DNA of 20,000 nucleotides from the IMG/VR virus record IMGVR_UViG_3300037200_000039. The stretch is one strand, 5' to 3'. Origin of the DNA: an uncultured virus (IMG/VR IMGVR_UViG_3300037200_000039). Taxonomy: Duplodnaviria > Heunggongvirae > Uroviricota > Caudoviricetes. The notes under the pieces were generated by a model. It ran no database searches and was not told the origin of the DNA. It worked only from the letters and a program-made list of their open reading frames with translations. Position numbers and translations under genes: made by a program. How positions within the stretch are numbered: the first letter of the stretch is position 1; every line of letters starts with the position of its first letter. This document shows, piece after piece, positions 17,309 through 20,000 of this stretch.

Positions 17309-17433
17309 AGTTCACTCCCATGCAGCGCAACCACCAAAGCCATCACGAGCGCAACGCAGGCAAGCGTTACCGCAGACACTAAACAGAATCCTGTAATAGC
17401 CCACAAAAGTATCGAAAAACTCGAGTTTTTCAC
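17305..17433 (-). CDS. 42-aa hydrophobic membrane peptide; not in the ORF track
   Basis: GTG start after AGGGGGAG; MKNSSFSILLWAITGFCLVSAVTLACVALVMALVVALHGSEL*. Confidence 0.7.
   Translation of the reverse strand: MKNSSFSILLWAITGFCLVSAVTLACVALVMALVVALHGSEL
17414..17431. repeat. Perfect 18-bp palindrome GAAAAACTCGAGTTTTTC
   Basis: Self-complementary; overlaps the first codons of the 42-aa ORF. Confidence 0.9.
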
Positions 17434-17441
17434 GTCTCCCC

Positions 17442-17606
17442 CTAGCCGCTTGTGTTGTCAAGCTTACGTTTGGCCGCGCGCTTCTCGATCATCTTGCGAT
17501 AGTGCTCGGGCGATCGCTTCTTCTTCTTGCCGCGGCCCGCAGAGCCCCCCTTCGCTCCAATCTGCGCCATGTAACTCGATACCGACAGCGGAATCTTGCT
17601 GCTCAT
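17442..17606 (-). CDS. Small basic KGG-motif protein, 54 aa, putative nucleic-acid binding
   Basis: ATG at 17606 (ATGA overlap); YMAQIGAKGGSAGRGKKKKRSPEHYRKM. Confidence 0.75.
   Translation of the reverse strand: MSSKIPLSVSSYMAQIGAKGGSAGRGKKKKRSPEHYRKMIEKRAAKRKLDNTSG
17444..17461 (-). promoter_or_regulatory. Second copy of the TTGACAACRCAAGCGGCT box (putative operator or promoter element)
   Basis: 17/18 identical to 13521-13538; no good -10 hexamer at 16-18 bp spacing in this copy. Confidence 0.5.
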
Positions 17607-18100
17607 AGCCGAATCTCGATCCTCTCGCCCGACTGCAAATGACACCCCGGCACATCCTTACCCGCCGTCAACGCCTCCTTAACCGCTCGCTTGTCGATGC
17701 GCGGCGGCGGTGCTGGTGGTTGCACCCAATAGCTGCCCGGCACAATCAAGTCATTGGAGATTTGCACCGCTGGCGGATTGTCACGCCGAGTGATGACGAG
17801 TTCGGGGTTGTTAATCTTCTTCCAATTCATCGCAATGAACTGCAATAGTAGGTACGCGCGAATCGACTCCGCGCGCTTGGATAGTCTCTCTGCGCGCAGC
17901 GTCATGGCTGCGGCTGCCTCTTTAATCGCATCGGATTCCGCTTCCACTCCTAAGATAAATTTCGCGACCGCTACGGCCTTGACTTCAAAATCTCCAGTAA
18001 GGCTATCAAGCGTATCGGCGATAAATTCCGGCGCCATATCTTCGCTCTCAGCAAGCGCTTCGAGAGCGCGATACTGCGCAGCGATTTCAAAAAGGCGCAT
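17603..18100 (-). CDS. Siphovirus Gp157-family protein
   Basis: MRLFEIAAQY...DTLDSL...FEVKA...IKE...RAESIRAYL...NPPAVQI...IDKRAVKEAL..GKDVPGCHL...IEIR matches the Gp157 pattern; adjacent to the recombinase; alternative start GTG 18109. Confidence 0.88.
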   Translation of the reverse strand: MRLFEIAAQYRALEALAESEDMAPEFIADTLDSLTGDFEVKAVAVAKFILGVEAESDAIKEAAAAMTLRAERLSKRAESIRAYLLLQFIAMNWKKINNPELVITRRDNPPAVQISNDLIVPGSYWVQPPAPPPRIDKRAVKEALTAGKDVPGCHLQSGERIEIRL

Positions 18101-18902
18101 CGGAACCACCGCTCTCCAGCATCGATTTCATATCGTCGTAGCATAGCTTCAGCCGGTCCATTGCTGCTTTATCGCCCGCAGTCTTTGCAATGGTATAGGC
18201 TTTACCGAATGCGGTGATCAGTTCAGACAGAGTCTTGACGTCCAAACTGTTGACCAATTCCTCGACTTGTTCCTCTGGCAACGCATTGGTCACTTGCTGC
18301 GCAGCCTCTGCAACGGCGGTGTTCACCGATACCGACGGCGCCGGCTTGTCATCTTCGATTTGTCGAGCCTCCTCCGGTGTATACAACTGCTCGGTCGCAT
18401 CCGGCGCGATTGTGCGGACGCCCTCTGATATGCATCTCGATCTGAACATCGCGGCGGCGAACTTCGAATACATAGCGCCGTCTTTGGTCGCGAGACCGGC
18501 TTTCTTAGCGCGCTCAAGATTCCAACTGACTGTCACTGGCTTCGGCGCCAATGGATGACTAAACACACCGGTCACACCATCGTCTGCGTATTTGGTCCAC
18601 TCGACACGACCGCCGCTCACTTGAAAATCGCGCAGCATGGCCTCGGCTTTCTTGGCTAGACGATTCTGGATAATGTCGTAATCCTTCATGACCAGCGCAG
18701 GGTGCTTGCCCGTTGCCTGGGCGTGGAGCATAAGGGCCAGCGCTTGATCGGCATCCTTCACGCCGAACAGCCCTGATTTAGCGAATGCGATCGCCATGCG
18801 CTGGATCTGCTCGAAGCTATAGGAAGCAGCCGATGGATATTGCTGCGACGCTGCGGGGCGCTCTGGCATACGCTCCGGCATGCGAGTGAGTTCTTTATTC
18901 AT
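18087..18902 (-). CDS. recT: RecT/Red-beta-like single-strand annealing protein, 271 aa
   Basis: Start ATG at 18902 after AGGA; 'AFAKSGLFG', 'DIIQNR', 'WNLERAKKAGL', 'YSKFAAAMFRSRCISEGVRTIAPD...LYTPEE'. Confidence 0.8.
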   Translation of the reverse strand: MNKELTRMPERMPERPAASQQYPSAASYSFEQIQRMAIAFAKSGLFGVKDADQALALMLHAQATGKHPALVMKDYDIIQNRLAKKAEAMLRDFQVSGGRVEWTKYADDGVTGVFSHPLAPKPVTVSWNLERAKKAGLATKDGAMYSKFAAAMFRSRCISEGVRTIAPDATEQLYTPEEARQIEDDKPAPSVSVNTAVAEAAQQVTNALPEEQVEELVNSLDVKTLSELITAFGKAYTIAKTAGDKAAMDRLKLCYDDMKSMLESGGSDAPF

Positions 18903-18909
18903 AGTGATC

Positions 18910-19998
18910 CTACGATTCAAAGCTTGGCATATAATCCCTGTAATCCTTAAACGCCAGTTCGCCATTGGCAAGTCGCCAGGTGCTAGCGACTGCGGCATGG
19001 GCATTTCTAGATGCTTCACCGTTATATGCTGAGGGGTCCGTCCGTAACTGGTAACGCTTCGTACTGCCGTCTGGCTCTGGCGTCGAATTCAACACGTCAA
19101 CTATAATGATAGTCTCATCGTCCGGGACTTCCTTGCGCAATAGACGTGCGCTACGAAGTCCAACAATGGGATAGTCCGCTGACAATTCATGGACAACCGT
19201 TGCGCCAGAATCCTGCGCGTAGCGAGCGGCACCATAGCGCTCAATCATGACGCGGCGGACCTCGGCGTTAGTTTCGGCTTCGATATGTTTTACGGTAATC
19301 CAGTCTGGACGCACCACTACGAACGCCGGCACCAAGACGCCATGCCAGAAGTAGAGGTTTTCCACATCGCATTGCAATGTCGGACCTGTAGCATTATGCA
19401 AGCGTTTTCTATCATTGACTAATTCAGTTGTGACTATCGGCTTCTCAACCCAATAAAGCACATCCTTAGTCCATACCAGGAGCCATGCTCCAGCAGCATA
19501 CGCATCGAAAACATGTTGACTCCAGTTAATCACGGACTGTTTATTGAGTTGTATGGCTCCGAGATGCGTTGTAGACAACCAAGATAACTCGCCCGTCCAC
19601 CACCACGAGCGGCGATAAATGCACCACTCAGCAAAGCGATGCATGGCGCCACGATTAAAAGATCCGGCGCGGGCGTCGAGCGCGTTGCGGGCGGCGCGGG
19701 CATCGCTGGCGTCGAGCGCGTTGCGGGCGTCGCGGGCGGAGCGGGCATCGAGGGCGGCGCGGGCGTCGCTGGCGTCGAGCGCGTTGCGGGCGGCGCGGGC
19801 ATCGCTGGCGGCGCGGGCGTTGCGGGCGTCGAGGGCGGCGCGGGCGTCGAGGGCGGCGCTGGCGGAGCGGGCGGCGCGGGCGGCGCGGGCCTCGCTGGCG
19901 GCGCTGGCGGCGCGGGCGTCGATGGCGGCGCGGGCGTCGATGGCGGCGTTGGCGTCGCGGGCGGCGCGGGCGTCGAGCGCGTTGCGGGCGGAGCTAGC
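18910..19998 (-). CDS. DUF6745-like phage protein with an N-terminal Ala-x-x tripeptide array (5' partial)
   Basis: Frame stays open from the window end through the track's Met at 19644; 'RLHNATGP...LYFWHGVLVP...ETNAEVRRVMIERYG...NSTPEPDG'. Confidence 0.8.
   Translation of the reverse strand, partial: ASSARNALDARAARDANAAIDARAAIDARAASAASEARAARAARSASAALDARAALDARNARAASDARAARNALDASDARAALDARSARDARNALDASDARAARNALDARAGSFNRGAMHRFAEWCIYRRSWWWTGELSWLSTTHLGAIQLNKQSVINWSQHVFDAYAAGAWLLVWTKDVLYWVEKPIVTTELVNDRKRLHNATGPTLQCDVENLYFWHGVLVPAFVVVRPDWITVKHIEAETNAEVRRVMIERYGAARYAQDSGATVVHELSADYPIVGLRSARLLRKEVPDDETIIIVDVLNSTPEPDGSTKRYQLRTDPSAYNGEASRNAHAAVASTWRLANGELAFKDYRDYMPSFES
19666..19998 (-). repeat. 9-bp-period coding array (ARA/ALD/ARN/ASD/AID tripeptides)
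   Basis: About 37 units, with Ala at every third residue; continues beyond the window. Confidence 0.92.
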
Positions 19999-20000
19999 GT

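Larger units (their letters stand above)
1..20000. mobile_element. Tailed phage/prophage genome segment (podovirus-like virion module converging on an early recombination operon)
   Basis: Dense, overlapping (ATGA/GTGA) genes; tailspike, ejection-like proteins, GNAT-fold gene, RecT-like and Gp157-like genes; no host housekeeping genes. Confidence 0.95.

Noticed and set aside
17028..17608. Track ORFs 17028-17228 (-), 17058-17396 (+) and 17285-17608 (+)
   Set aside because: Better explained by three short - strand ORFs with SD sequences and start-stop overlaps
19530..19802. Pro-rich ORF MPAPPATRSTP...
   Set aside because: Out-of-frame reading of the tripeptide array belonging to the DUF6745-like gene
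1..20000. tRNA, rRNA, integrase/att site or stop-codon reassignment
   Set aside because: None recognisable; genes tile cleanly under the standard code using all three stop codons

Overview
A 20-kb segment of a tailed dsDNA phage or prophage, most likely podovirus-like, made of two convergent gene blocks. The + strand block (1-14416) is the tail end of the virion module. It holds the C-terminus of a probable tail tubular/head-tail connector protein, a collagen-repeat plus beta-helix tailspike, a GNAT-fold protein, two inserted carbohydrate-binding-module genes, two large ejection/DNA-transfer proteins (the first with an internal peptidase S74 domain) and a small tail-fibre protein. The - strand block (14413-20000) is an early operon of tightly coupled genes: a DUF6745-like protein with an Ala-x-x tripeptide array, a RecT-like recombinase, a Gp157-like protein, a small basic KGG protein, three small membrane-peptide genes missed by the ORF track, and a mosaic of coiled-coil paralogues. 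Four observations stand out. (1) An unannotated AT-rich moron, bounded by a 12-bp direct repeat, sits right after the ejection genes and encodes a 58-aa hydrophobic protein from an apparently leaderless sigma70 promoter. (2) An 18-bp box in that promoter recurs 3.9 kb away, in front of the three membrane-peptide genes. (3) Paired di-glycine motifs segment the ejection protein like a polyprotein. (4) Surface proteins carry nested domain-in-domain insertions. All family names come from motif recognition, not from database searches.
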